Below, piece by piece: positions 8,077-15,651 of a stretch of DNA of 24,000 bases. Position numbers and translations under genes: made by a program. The notes beneath the pieces are model-generated. The model saw nothing but the letters and a program-made list of their open reading frames with translations. It ran no database searches and was not told the DNA's origin. Source of the DNA: an uncultured Tissierellia bacterium. GTDB taxonomy: Bacteria; Bacillota; Clostridia; Tissierellales; Peptoniphilaceae. The stretch spans positions 19,555-43,554 of the forward strand of contig CAUVKI010000012.1 of NCBI GenBank assembly GCA_963552605.1. The letters run 5' to 3'. Position 1 is the first letter of the stretch, and the number at the start of each line of letters is the position of its first letter.

Positions 8077-8451
8077 ATGAGCTATTTAGGAGAAAGAGTA
8101 TCGTATCTAAGAGGTCTTTTGGAGGGAATGGAATTTGAATCCAAAAGCAGGGTAGGAAAGATTTTGAGTGAAGTGGTTGCCTGCATGGAGGATATGGCTG
8201 ATGAGATTGAAAGGCTTAGTGAAAATCAATCCGATTCGGACGAACTTTTAAATCTTTTAGATGAGGATTTGGAGGATTTGGAAGATTTCGTCTATGACGA
8301 TGATGAATATGACGGATACGATCGTTATGATGATTATGACGACGATGACGAGGACGATGACGACTTCGATTATGATTTTGACTATGACGACGATGACGAC
8401 GACTTCGATTACGATTTTGACGACGATGACGAGGACGATGACGAAGATTAG
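8077..8451 (+). CDS. CD1247 N-terminal-domain-like protein with a polyacidic D/E/Y/F tail
   Basis: The N-terminus MSYLGERVSYLRGLLEGM matches the small protein family commonly found downstream of efp in Clostridia. SD aggagg lies at 8065-8070. The C-terminal ~60 aa are almost entirely D/E/Y/F. Confidence 0.8.
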   Translation: MSYLGERVSYLRGLLEGMEFESKSRVGKILSEVVACMEDMADEIERLSENQSDSDELLNLLDEDLEDLEDFVYDDDEYDGYDRYDDYDDDDEDDDDFDYDFDYDDDDDDFDYDFDDDDEDDDED

Positions 8452-8472
8452 AAATTTTTGAAATCCGAAAAG

Positions 8473-8499
8473 GCTCGAGGTTTATGCTTCGGGCTTTTT
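8473..8499 (+). terminator. Intrinsic terminator of the efp operon
   Basis: Stem gctcgagg / cttcgggc (two G-U pairs), loop tttatg, then T5. Confidence 0.7.
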
Positions 8500-8593
8500 A
8501 GTTTCACGATAAACTAGTAATTTTTTAGAGAAATAGGATATGTTATGAATGGTGGGAGAATGGTGTTTGGGTAATTTTAGGGAATTTATTGAT

Positions 8594-8622
8594 TTGACAT
8601 TTATAAAAATATCTGCTAATCT
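8594..8622 (+). promoter_or_regulatory. Promoter of the type III TA locus
   Basis: TTGACA (8594-8599), an exact 17-nt spacer, then TAATCT (8617-8622) preceded by TGC, which gives an extended -10. Confidence 0.6.
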
Positions 8623-8629
8623 TTAAGCG

Positions 8630-8748
8630 GGTAAAGAGGGTGTCCCGCTACCGTTAAAGGTGGAACATTAAAGAAGGTGTCTCACTACCTATATCCCAAA
8701 GGTGAAGCATTAAAGCAAGCGGAGAGGGTAAAACCTCTCCGTTTTTTT
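8630..8748 (+). ncRNA. Candidate type III antitoxin RNA (ToxI-like tandem repeats ending in a terminator)
   Basis: There is no ORF. Tandem units occupy 8633-8669 (37 nt) and 8670-8711 (42 nt). They share cores aaaga(g/a)ggtgtc(c/t)c(g/a)ctacc (17/20) and aaaggtg(g/a)a(a/g)catt (12/14). A third unit starts at 8712 and runs into the terminator. The region lies between a promoter and a ToxN-like ORF. Confidence 0.6.
8720..8748 (+). terminator. Intrinsic terminator between the repeat RNA and the toxin ORF
   Basis: Stem cggagagg (8720-8727) / cctctccg (8734-8741), loop gtaaaa, then T7 (8742-8748). The toxin SD follows immediately. Confidence 0.75.
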
Positions 8749-8759
8749 AGGAGAAAGCA

Positions 8760-9317
8760 ATGGCAGAAGCGGTTAAATATGGATTTTATACTGTAAATCC
8801 CGATTATCTTGAATATCTGAGTAAAATAGACTCCGAAGTTTATTATGATCCATTGTATAGAAATAGTATCAAGCCATTTGTTGGAATTATTGTTGGGATA
8901 GAAAACTATAATTATTTTATTCCAATATCTTCTGCAAAGGAAAAACACAAAAGATGGAAGAATGTTTCTGATGAGCATTTTTTGATTTATGAAGTGATTG
9001 ATAATAGCATTACCATAAATGGAGATATTTATAAATACTATTCTGATAAAGAAAAAATGCACATATTATCTATACTGGATATTAAAAAAATGATACCTGT
9101 GCCAAATGGATGTTATGAAAGAATTATGTTTGATGAACTTGAGGACTTTAGATACAAAGACTTATTTGAAAAAGAATATGCTTTTTGCTTATCAATAAAA
9201 ACGAAGGTTTTGAAAAAAGTGGAAAAATTATATCAAAAGCAAAAAGAAACAGGAATCATTAGAAAAGCGAATTGCAATTTTTCAGAGTTGGAAAGAGCGA
9301 TGCTGGACTGGAAGTAA
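8760..9317 (+). CDS. toxN: ToxN/AbiQ-family type III toxin (endoribonuclease), 185 aa
   Basis: SD aggag lies 6 nt upstream. The protein shows landmarks I recall from ToxN/AbiQ: N-terminal FYTV..DYLEYLSKID, KPFVGIIVGI..YNYFIPISSAK, LDIKKMIPV, and C-terminal CNFSELE. Its size and the upstream repeat-terminator architecture also fit. Confidence 0.85.
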   Translation: MAEAVKYGFYTVNPDYLEYLSKIDSEVYYDPLYRNSIKPFVGIIVGIENYNYFIPISSAKEKHKRWKNVSDEHFLIYEVIDNSITINGDIYKYYSDKEKMHILSILDIKKMIPVPNGCYERIMFDELEDFRYKDLFEKEYAFCLSIKTKVLKKVEKLYQKQKETGIIRKANCNFSELERAMLDWK

Positions 9318-9341
9318 AAAAATTGCTTGCGAATAATCAAG

Positions 9342-9371
9342 GAAGTGGAATGCCAATCTACTTCTTTTTTT
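9342..9371 (+). terminator. Intrinsic terminator after toxN
   Basis: Stem gaagtgg / ctacttc (one G-U pair), 9-nt loop, then T7 (9365-9371). Confidence 0.65.
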
Positions 9372-9403
9372 ATGCAAGGGAAGATGATGGAAAGGCGGTT
9401 TAC

Positions 9404-9480
9404 ACTATTATTTCTTTGAATTGTAGATATCAACGATTTGTGCTCCTAAGAAGACACATGAATTTTTGCGGTCGCAAAAG
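9404..9480 (+). repeat. MITE-like repeat, copy C (partial, diverged)
   Basis: About 86% identical to the first ~78 nt of copy A in the same orientation. It retains the 9-nt segment that copy B lacks. The right-hand terminal repeat is absent. Confidence 0.6.
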
Positions 9481-9487
9481 GGAATTC

Positions 9488-9516
9488 TTGCAAACATATG
9501 GTTATTCTGCTACAAT
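9488..9516 (+). promoter_or_regulatory. Candidate promoter of the asp23-nusB operon
   Basis: TTGCAA (9488-9493), a 17-nt spacer, then TGCTACAAT extended -10 (9508-9516), 22 nt upstream of the asp23 ATG. Confidence 0.5.
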
Positions 9517-9538
9517 ACCATCATTCGGAGGTGTTAAT

Positions 9539-9928
9539 ATGTTGGAGACATATGAAGTTTTAGACAATGGAGAAATAAAAATTTCAGACCATGTGATTTC
9601 CGTTATAGCAACGGTGGCTGCATTGAGCGTCGGCGGAGTGAGCAGAATGAGCGGAACTTTGACGGAAGACTTGCAGACGAAATTAAGACTTAAGACGGAA
9701 GACGGCAAGGGAGTGAAGGTCAGTTTAAAGGATAATCGTTTGGAGATTTGTCTTTATATCTTTGTGGATTACGGCTATCCTCTGATGGAGGTGGCTGAAG
9801 ATGTGCAAAGAGCGGTTTCCGAATCCATAAAGTCAATGACGGATATGGAAATAGGCTCCGTAGATGTAAGCATTGAGGGAGTCACCATAAATAAGGAATT
9901 AAAGTCCGTGCCCAAAGCGTCGAGATGA
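9539..9928 (+). CDS. Asp23/Gls24-family envelope stress protein
   Basis: SD ggaggtg lies at 9527-9533. MLETYEVLDNGEIKISDHVISVIATVAALSVGGVSRMSG is a typical Asp23 N-terminus. The longer track ORF (9272) runs through a terminator and repeat copy C. Confidence 0.85.
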   Translation: MLETYEVLDNGEIKISDHVISVIATVAALSVGGVSRMSGTLTEDLQTKLRLKTEDGKGVKVSLKDNRLEICLYIFVDYGYPLMEVAEDVQRAVSESIKSMTDMEIGSVDVSIEGVTINKELKSVPKASR

Positions 9929-10356
9929 GCAGAACCCAAACACGCCAAGTGCTTATCGGTCTTCTTTATGCCGCAGATATAAACGGAGATTTCTCCGAAA
10001 ACTTTTTTTTAAGTCAGTCGGCTTCCTTTCCGACCGAAAGCGGAGAGGAAGCCAAAGTGATTTCGGAAGATGACCGAGACTTTTTATGGGATATACTAAG
10101 GGGAATTATGGATAATAAATCCGTCTTGGATAATTATATCTCCGAAGGCTCCGAGGGCTGGACCATTGACAGAATAGGAAGAGTCGAGCTTGCGGTGCTG
10201 AGGGGAGCTATCTATGAGTTGTTATTCAGAAAAGATATTCCCATAGAAGTGGTTGTTAATGAAGCGGTTGAAAACTCCAAGCGTTTCGGAAAAGAGGACA
10301 GTTATCGTTTTGTCAACGGGGTTTTGGCTTATGTGATAAAAAAGGAGAGAGTTTGA
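9925..10356 (+). CDS. nusB: Transcription antitermination factor NusB
   Basis: Contains DRIGRVELAVLRGAIYELLF..IPIEVVVNEAVENSKRFG..SYRFVNGVL, and has an ATGA overlap with asp23. Confidence 0.9.
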   Translation: MSRTQTRQVLIGLLYAADINGDFSENFFLSQSASFPTESGEEAKVISEDDRDFLWDILRGIMDNKSVLDNYISEGSEGWTIDRIGRVELAVLRGAIYELLFRKDIPIEVVVNEAVENSKRFGKEDSYRFVNGVLAYVIKKERV

Positions 10357-11612
10357 AAGGATATTTTTCCGTATCTGATGTAAATCAGTATCTTCTGAAA
10401 GTAATAAAAGACGATTTTATATTGACAAGGCTTATGGTCAAGGGAGAGGTGTTTAATAAAAGACATCACCCCTCCGGAGTTATTTATTTCACCCTTAAAG
10501 ACGAACATTCCTCAATTAACTGCAGGATTTCGGAAAAGACCGGGAGCTTCCGTTCCATTGAGGACGGTATGGAGATTATATTAAGCGGCAGAGTTTCCTT
10601 AAATTCACATCAGGCAAGCTGCGTAATTATAGCGGAAAGTTTTGAAGAAACAGGTATGGGAGCTGTTTTCAGGGAATTTTACAGAAAAAAGAAATCGCTT
10701 GAGGAGAAGGGATATCTGGATGAGTCCGTGAAACGACCAATCCCGAGAGCAAAGAAGATAGGAATTGTGACCAGCGAGATAGGTGCGGTGGTGCACGATA
10801 TAATTACGGTTTCAAAGAGCAGAAATCCCTCCGTAAGCTTATATCTCTACCCCGCTTCCGTACAGGGCGAGAATGCTGTCGGAGAAGTGATTGAGGGAAT
10901 AAATTTTTTCAACAATATGTTTCCCGTAGATGTCATTATTTTCGGAAGAGGCGGCGGCTCATATGAGGAACTGAATATTTTCAATGACGAGGAACTTTGT
11001 GAAGTCGTCGCAAACAGTAAAATTCCTACAATCTCCGCAGTAGGACATGAAACCGACATCGTGCTTTCGGATTATGCGGCGGACAGGCGTGCCGCCACCC
11101 CGTCGCAAGCGGCGGAAATGGCGGTTGTGGAGAGAAAGGTTCTTTTCGGAGAGGCTAAAGAATTAAATGATAGACTTATTTCGATTTTTTCAAGCTGTCT
11201 TAAAGAAAAAACAATATTTTTAGACGAACTTGATAAAAGACTCAATCTGTCTTTTGGCAAAAAATTGGAGCTTGATAAAAAATTTCTCCTCGCACTTAGA
11301 CGCAGGCTTGACATATGCAATCCTGAACTTATGCTTGTTAGACAATTCGGGAAATTGGAAGAATTGAGCAAATCATTAAACTTTTCGAGCAGGTATTATT
11401 TTTCGGAGCGTTTTTCATCACTTGAGAAGCTCAATTCAAGGCTTGAAATTGCGTATAAAGAAACGCTTGCAGCCGCAAAGCCCGAAGTTAGAAATATTGA
11501 AGGAGAACCTTTGCAGGGTGTTAAAGATTTGTCGGTCGGAGAAACGGTTTCCCTAATTTTTCCCGACGGGGTCGCCTTTTTGGAAGTGAAAAAGATACAG
11601 GAAGGGTTTTGA
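10353..11612 (+). CDS. xseA: Exodeoxyribonuclease VII large subunit
   Basis: TTG start after SD aaggagag. It has an OB-fold N-terminus (VSDVNQYLLKVI, VKGEV), the central GRGGGS motif, and ISAVGHETD. xseB follows. Confidence 0.9.
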   Translation: MKGYFSVSDVNQYLLKVIKDDFILTRLMVKGEVFNKRHHPSGVIYFTLKDEHSSINCRISEKTGSFRSIEDGMEIILSGRVSLNSHQASCVIIAESFEETGMGAVFREFYRKKKSLEEKGYLDESVKRPIPRAKKIGIVTSEIGAVVHDIITVSKSRNPSVSLYLYPASVQGENAVGEVIEGINFFNNMFPVDVIIFGRGGGSYEELNIFNDEELCEVVANSKIPTISAVGHETDIVLSDYAADRRAATPSQAAEMAVVERKVLFGEAKELNDRLISIFSSCLKEKTIFLDELDKRLNLSFGKKLELDKKFLLALRRRLDICNPELMLVRQFGKLEELSKSLNFSSRYYFSERFSSLEKLNSRLEIAYKETLAAAKPEVRNIEGEPLQGVKDLSVGETVSLIFPDGVAFLEVKKIQEGF

Positions 11613-11613
11613 T

Positions 11614-11826
11614 ATGACATATGAGGAGGCTATGGCTCGCCTTGAGGAGATAGTCGGACTTTTGGAAGAAAATAAGGTTTCTCTTTCCGAAGCTGTGGAC
11701 TTGTACAAGGAGGGAGCGAAATTATCCTTGGAAATCAGAGATATGTTGGAGAATGCCGAAGGAGAAGTGGCAAAACTCGGCGGAGATTTAAAAAAAGAGG
11801 GATTTTCTAAGTATGAGGGATTTTGA
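11614..11826 (+). CDS. xseB: Exodeoxyribonuclease VII small subunit
   Basis: 70-aa protein beginning MTYEEAMARLEEIVGLLEENKVSLSEAVDLYKEG, adjacent to xseA. Confidence 0.85.
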   Translation: MTYEEAMARLEEIVGLLEENKVSLSEAVDLYKEGAKLSLEIRDMLENAEGEVAKLGGDLKKEGFSKYEGF

Positions 11827-12646
11827 ATTATATTTGGAGGAACTTTTGCCGTCCGAAAGGGACAATTTATCCAAAGCGGTGAGATATGCGGTTTTCCCGG
11901 GAGGAAAACGGCTTAGAAGCACTTTTTTGCGCAGAGCTTTTTTGTGCTTTGCGGACGGTGTTGCACTTGAGAGAGGGGAGGAGTTTTGCTATCCCGAGGC
12001 GGCAGCTGTGGAGCTTATTCACTCATATTCTCTAATTCACGACGATTTACCCTCTATGGATGATGACGATGAAAGACGTGGAAAGCCGAGTGTACATAAG
12101 GCCTTTGGAGAGGGAATGGCGGTACTTGCCGGAGATTTACTCCTGAACTTGGCTTATGAAACGGGATTTTCCTCACTTTGCAAAGAGAAAAATCAGGAGC
12201 TTTTGCAAAGAAAGATTAAATCATTAGATTTAATTTCACGTTATGCGGGAAAAGACGGTATGGTCGGCGGGCAAGGGATTGACATAACCAAGGTTATTGA
12301 CGATTATTCACAAGATGATAAAGAGTTTTTAAAGATGACAAAAATGAAAACCGCTTGTCTGATAGTTGCGGCATTGGAGGGCGGAGCTTGCTTGGGAAAT
12401 CCGTCAGAGGGCGAATTTAAAGCCGTAGGAGAATTCGGATATGCCTACGGTATGGCGTTTCAAGCGGCGGACGATATCTCCGATTATAAAAGGGATTTAG
12501 CTGATGAAAAGCCGACTTTTGCAACTCTTTACGGAGAGGACGAGGCAAAACGAAAACTTGAACTCTATAAGGAGCGGGCAAAGTCGGCTCTTATGAGTAT
12601 AAAGAGAAACACTGAGTTTTTCAAAGAACATTTAGCCAAGTTATGA
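11813..12646 (+). CDS. ispA: Polyprenyl (farnesyl/geranyl) diphosphate synthase
   Basis: The first Asp-rich motif is LIHDDLPSMDDDDERRGKPS and the second is FQAADDISD. Confidence 0.85.
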   Translation: MRDFELYLEELLPSERDNLSKAVRYAVFPGGKRLRSTFLRRAFLCFADGVALERGEEFCYPEAAAVELIHSYSLIHDDLPSMDDDDERRGKPSVHKAFGEGMAVLAGDLLLNLAYETGFSSLCKEKNQELLQRKIKSLDLISRYAGKDGMVGGQGIDITKVIDDYSQDDKEFLKMTKMKTACLIVAALEGGACLGNPSEGEFKAVGEFGYAYGMAFQAADDISDYKRDLADEKPTFATLYGEDEAKRKLELYKERAKSALMSIKRNTEFFKEHLAKL

Positions 12647-13428
12647 TGTACCGATTGGATTTGCTGCTGGTAAAACGGGAATTATCTCCCTCAAGGGAGA
12701 AAGCCCGTGAATTTATAAAATCGGGCTGCGTGAAAGTAAACGGCAACCCGATTTTAAAACCTTCGCATAAAACGGAAGAAACTGCGTATATAGATATAAA
12801 ACCGCTCTATCCCTTTGTGGGGCGAGGGGGAGTGAAGTTGAATTATCTCTTGGAGAAAAAAATCGTATCTTTCAAAGATTTGGAAGTGTTGGATATAGGA
12901 GCTTCCACGGGAGGATTTACGGAAGTTATACTTAAAGACGGAGCAAGATCTGTTACGGCTTTAGATGTCGGAAAAAATCAGCTTGCCGATAAACTTAAGC
13001 TTGATCCGAGAGTTACTGTCAGGGAAAATACGGACATAAGGGACGCAGTTTTCAATAACGGATTTGATGCCGCAACGGTTGATGTTTCCTTTATCTCTAT
13101 AAAAAAAGTATTGCCGAGAGTCGTTGAACTTATAGATGACGGATTTATATGTGTGCTTTTTAAGCCTCAGTTTGAGGCGGGAAAATTGCGCAAAAAACAC
13201 GGAATATTTAATGATATTTCCTTACATAAAAATTTATTGCTTGAGTATGAACACTTTGTAAAAGGTTTGGGCATGGGAATAAAATTTATATCACCCTCTC
13301 CGATAAGAGGAGGCAGCGGAAATATTGAATATATTTCCGTTTTGGTTTTCGGGGATTTTTCCATAAATACTTCCGATGTTGCGGACAAAGCTTTTCAAAA
13401 CCTTGTTGACGGGAGATTAAAATGTTAG
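12643..13428 (+). CDS. tlyA: TlyA-family rRNA 2'-O-methyltransferase
   Basis: S4-like N-terminus (RLDLLLVKRELSPSREKAREFIKSG.VKVNG), then FtsJ-like LDIGASTGGFTEV. Confidence 0.85.
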   Translation: MMYRLDLLLVKRELSPSREKAREFIKSGCVKVNGNPILKPSHKTEETAYIDIKPLYPFVGRGGVKLNYLLEKKIVSFKDLEVLDIGASTGGFTEVILKDGARSVTALDVGKNQLADKLKLDPRVTVRENTDIRDAVFNNGFDAATVDVSFISIKKVLPRVVELIDDGFICVLFKPQFEAGKLRKKHGIFNDISLHKNLLLEYEHFVKGLGMGIKFISPSPIRGGSGNIEYISVLVFGDFSINTSDVADKAFQNLVDGRLKC

Positions 13429-15098
13429 TTGAGCTTGCAATCAAAAATTATGCAATTATCACCGACTTGAATATAGCTTTTGAAAAGGGTCTAAATGTGA
13501 TAACAGGAGAAACCGGAGCCGGAAAATCAATAATATTTGACGCTCTCAATGTGTCTTTAGGAGCGAGAGGCAGCAGAGATGTTTTGAAATTTCCGGATAA
13601 AAATGCACATATAGATAGTGTTTTTGAGCTAACCTCTTCTGATAAACTTTTTGCAAAGGAACAATTGGACTTTGACTGTGAAGATACCGTTATCTTTTCA
13701 AAGGAAGTGCGCCCCAACGGTTCGACTTCCTCAAAAATTGACGGAAAAATTTTCACTCAGGGTGCAGTGCAGGGCTTTTCGGATAAGTTAATTCATATCT
13801 ACGGTCAGCATGAACAATTGGAGTTAATGGACGAAAAAAATCACATATCGCTTTTGGATCAGATGGGAGACGAAGACTTTAGGAATACCTTATCCGAATA
13901 TCGGAAAGATTATGATGAATACAGGTCATTGCTTTCGGAATTTAAGGATTTTAACTTGGACGAAGAAGCTTTAAATCGGGAGTTGGATTTTTACAATTTT
14001 CAGATTTCGGAGATAAACGAAGTTTCCTTAGTTTCAGGAGAAGATGAAGAACTTGAGTATGAGGAACAAAAGCTTTCTCATCAGGCTGAACTCATAACTT
14101 TGGTTTCTGAAATCAATGATTTGTTTAACGGGAGAGAGTACGGGTTTGGGGGATTGTTGTCGGATTTGAATTTTCTTTCGGAGAAGATTAAGTCTATTTC
14201 TCATATCGACGGTGAGAGGGAAAAATGGGTTGAAAGAGCCGAAAGCATTTACTTTGAGACGGAAGACTTAAAGAGAGAGGTATCGGGGTATCTTTCTTCT
14301 CTCAATCCCGATGATGAAAGATTATACGAGGTCAGAGAAAGACTTAACTCCATAAATAAGTTGAAGATGAAATACGGAAAAACCATAGAGGAAATTTTGG
14401 ATTACTTGGAGAATACGGAAAAGAAATATGAGGAGCTTTTAAGTTATAACGAGCGTATGGAAAATGCAAGGGAAGAATTATCTTCAAAGAAAAAAAGCCT
14501 GATTGAAAAAGCTTCGGTTATAACGGATATGAGAAAAAATATTTCCGAGAACTTGTCCAAAGCGCTTGAAGCCGAACTCAAAGAACTCAATATGAAAGAC
14601 ACCGTGATTAGAGTGGAATTTGAAGAGTCGGATTTGAGCGAAAACGGAGCGGATTCGGTGAGGTTTATGATTTCCACAAATAAAAATATGCCGCTAAAGC
14701 CCCTTTCAAAAATTGCTTCAGGCGGCGAGATGTCAAGAATAATGCTGGGGTTAAAAACCGTGGTTTCGGAAAGTTTTTGCACTTTGGTATTTGACGAAAT
14801 TGACACGGGGATTTCCGGTGCTGCCGTAAAGGCGGTGGGATTAAAGTTGAAAGCTTTATCAAAAAATCATCAGGTGATTGTGATATCGCACCTGCCTCAA
14901 ATCGCCGCAATTGCAGACACTCACTTTTTAATCCGAAAAGAGTCCGACGCTTTGGGAGTTTCAACAACGGTTATAAAACTTAATGAGGAAGAGCGCATAA
15001 GGGAAATTGCCGCTTTATTGTCAGGAGAGTCCGAAACCGCTTTGAAACACGCCAGAGAGATGATAAACGAATACAAAGGAGGACATAATGGAGTTTGA
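13422..15098 (+). CDS. recN: DNA repair protein RecN
   Basis: Contains Walker A GETGAGKSII, a long coiled-coil middle region, the signature SGGEMSRIML, and Walker B LVFDEIDTG. Confidence 0.93.
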   Translation: MLVELAIKNYAIITDLNIAFEKGLNVITGETGAGKSIIFDALNVSLGARGSRDVLKFPDKNAHIDSVFELTSSDKLFAKEQLDFDCEDTVIFSKEVRPNGSTSSKIDGKIFTQGAVQGFSDKLIHIYGQHEQLELMDEKNHISLLDQMGDEDFRNTLSEYRKDYDEYRSLLSEFKDFNLDEEALNRELDFYNFQISEINEVSLVSGEDEELEYEEQKLSHQAELITLVSEINDLFNGREYGFGGLLSDLNFLSEKIKSISHIDGEREKWVERAESIYFETEDLKREVSGYLSSLNPDDERLYEVRERLNSINKLKMKYGKTIEEILDYLENTEKKYEELLSYNERMENAREELSSKKKSLIEKASVITDMRKNISENLSKALEAELKELNMKDTVIRVEFEESDLSENGADSVRFMISTNKNMPLKPLSKIASGGEMSRIMLGLKTVVSESFCTLVFDEIDTGISGAAVKAVGLKLKALSKNHQVIVISHLPQIAAIADTHFLIRKESDALGVSTTVIKLNEEERIREIAALLSGESETALKHAREMINEYKGGHNGV

Positions 15099-15651
15099 AG
15101 AAACCACCATAAAATCCGAAAAAATTTACCAAGGGAAAATTTTAAATCTCAGGTGCGATACTGTGGAACTTCCCGGAAAAAAATACAGTAAGAGAGAGCT
15201 TGTAGAAGTATCACCCGCCGCCGCCGTCGTACCTGTTACGCAAGACGGAAATGTTATTCTCGTAAAGCAATTTAGAAAACCGTTTGAGAGAGTTTTGCTT
15301 GAGGTACCCGCCGGAAAACTTGATCCCGGAGAAGAACCGAGAGAAGCGGCATTCAGAGAACTGGAAGAAGAAACGGGTAAGCGTGCCGGAAAGCTTGTAT
15401 ATCTGAATGAAATTTTCACTTCTCCCGGCTATATCAATGAAAAAATTCATCTGTTTTTGGCAACGGAACTTGAGGACGGAGAATATAAACCCGATGATGA
15501 CGAGATTATGGAAGTCGTGTTGTATAACTTTGATGAACTTAAAAAGATGATTACCAGAGGTGAACTTTCCGATGCAAAGTCAATCATTGCAATCACTATG
15601 GCAATTGATTACCTCAAAGAGAAGAACTTATTGAAAGGTGAAAAAAAATGA
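15088..15651 (+). CDS. NUDIX hydrolase (ADP-ribose pyrophosphatase-like)
   Basis: The Nudix box is GKLDPGEEPREAAFRELEEETG. Confidence 0.85.
   Translation: MEFEETTIKSEKIYQGKILNLRCDTVELPGKKYSKRELVEVSPAAAVVPVTQDGNVILVKQFRKPFERVLLEVPAGKLDPGEEPREAAFRELEEETGKRAGKLVYLNEIFTSPGYINEKIHLFLATELEDGEYKPDDDEIMEVVLYNFDELKKMITRGELSDAKSIIAITMAIDYLKEKNLLKGEKK

Noticed and set aside
8261-8461. 66-aa ORF (MTMTTMT-rich)
   Set aside because: It is an alternative frame of the GAC/GAT acidic repeat and a low-complexity artefact.
8546-8575. 9-codon ORF (MNGGRMVFG) upstream of the TA promoter
   Set aside because: It has no convincing SD and is too short. It is probably chance in an intergenic spacer.
8620-8750. CRISPR-like array
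   Set aside because: The units are directly contiguous with no spacers. There are only about 2.5 imperfect copies and no cas genes. The context fits a type III antitoxin RNA instead.
8685-9062. 125-aa minus-strand ORF antisense to toxN
   Set aside because: It is an AT-rich antisense frame with a low-complexity I/F/N-rich product and no SD. It overlaps the well-supported toxin ORF and its terminator.
9272-9538. N-terminal extension of the Asp23 ORF (the 218-aa version)
   Set aside because: The extension overlaps the toxN 3' end, then reads through a terminator and repeat copy C. A strong SD plus ATG at 9539 gives a canonical Asp23 N-terminus.
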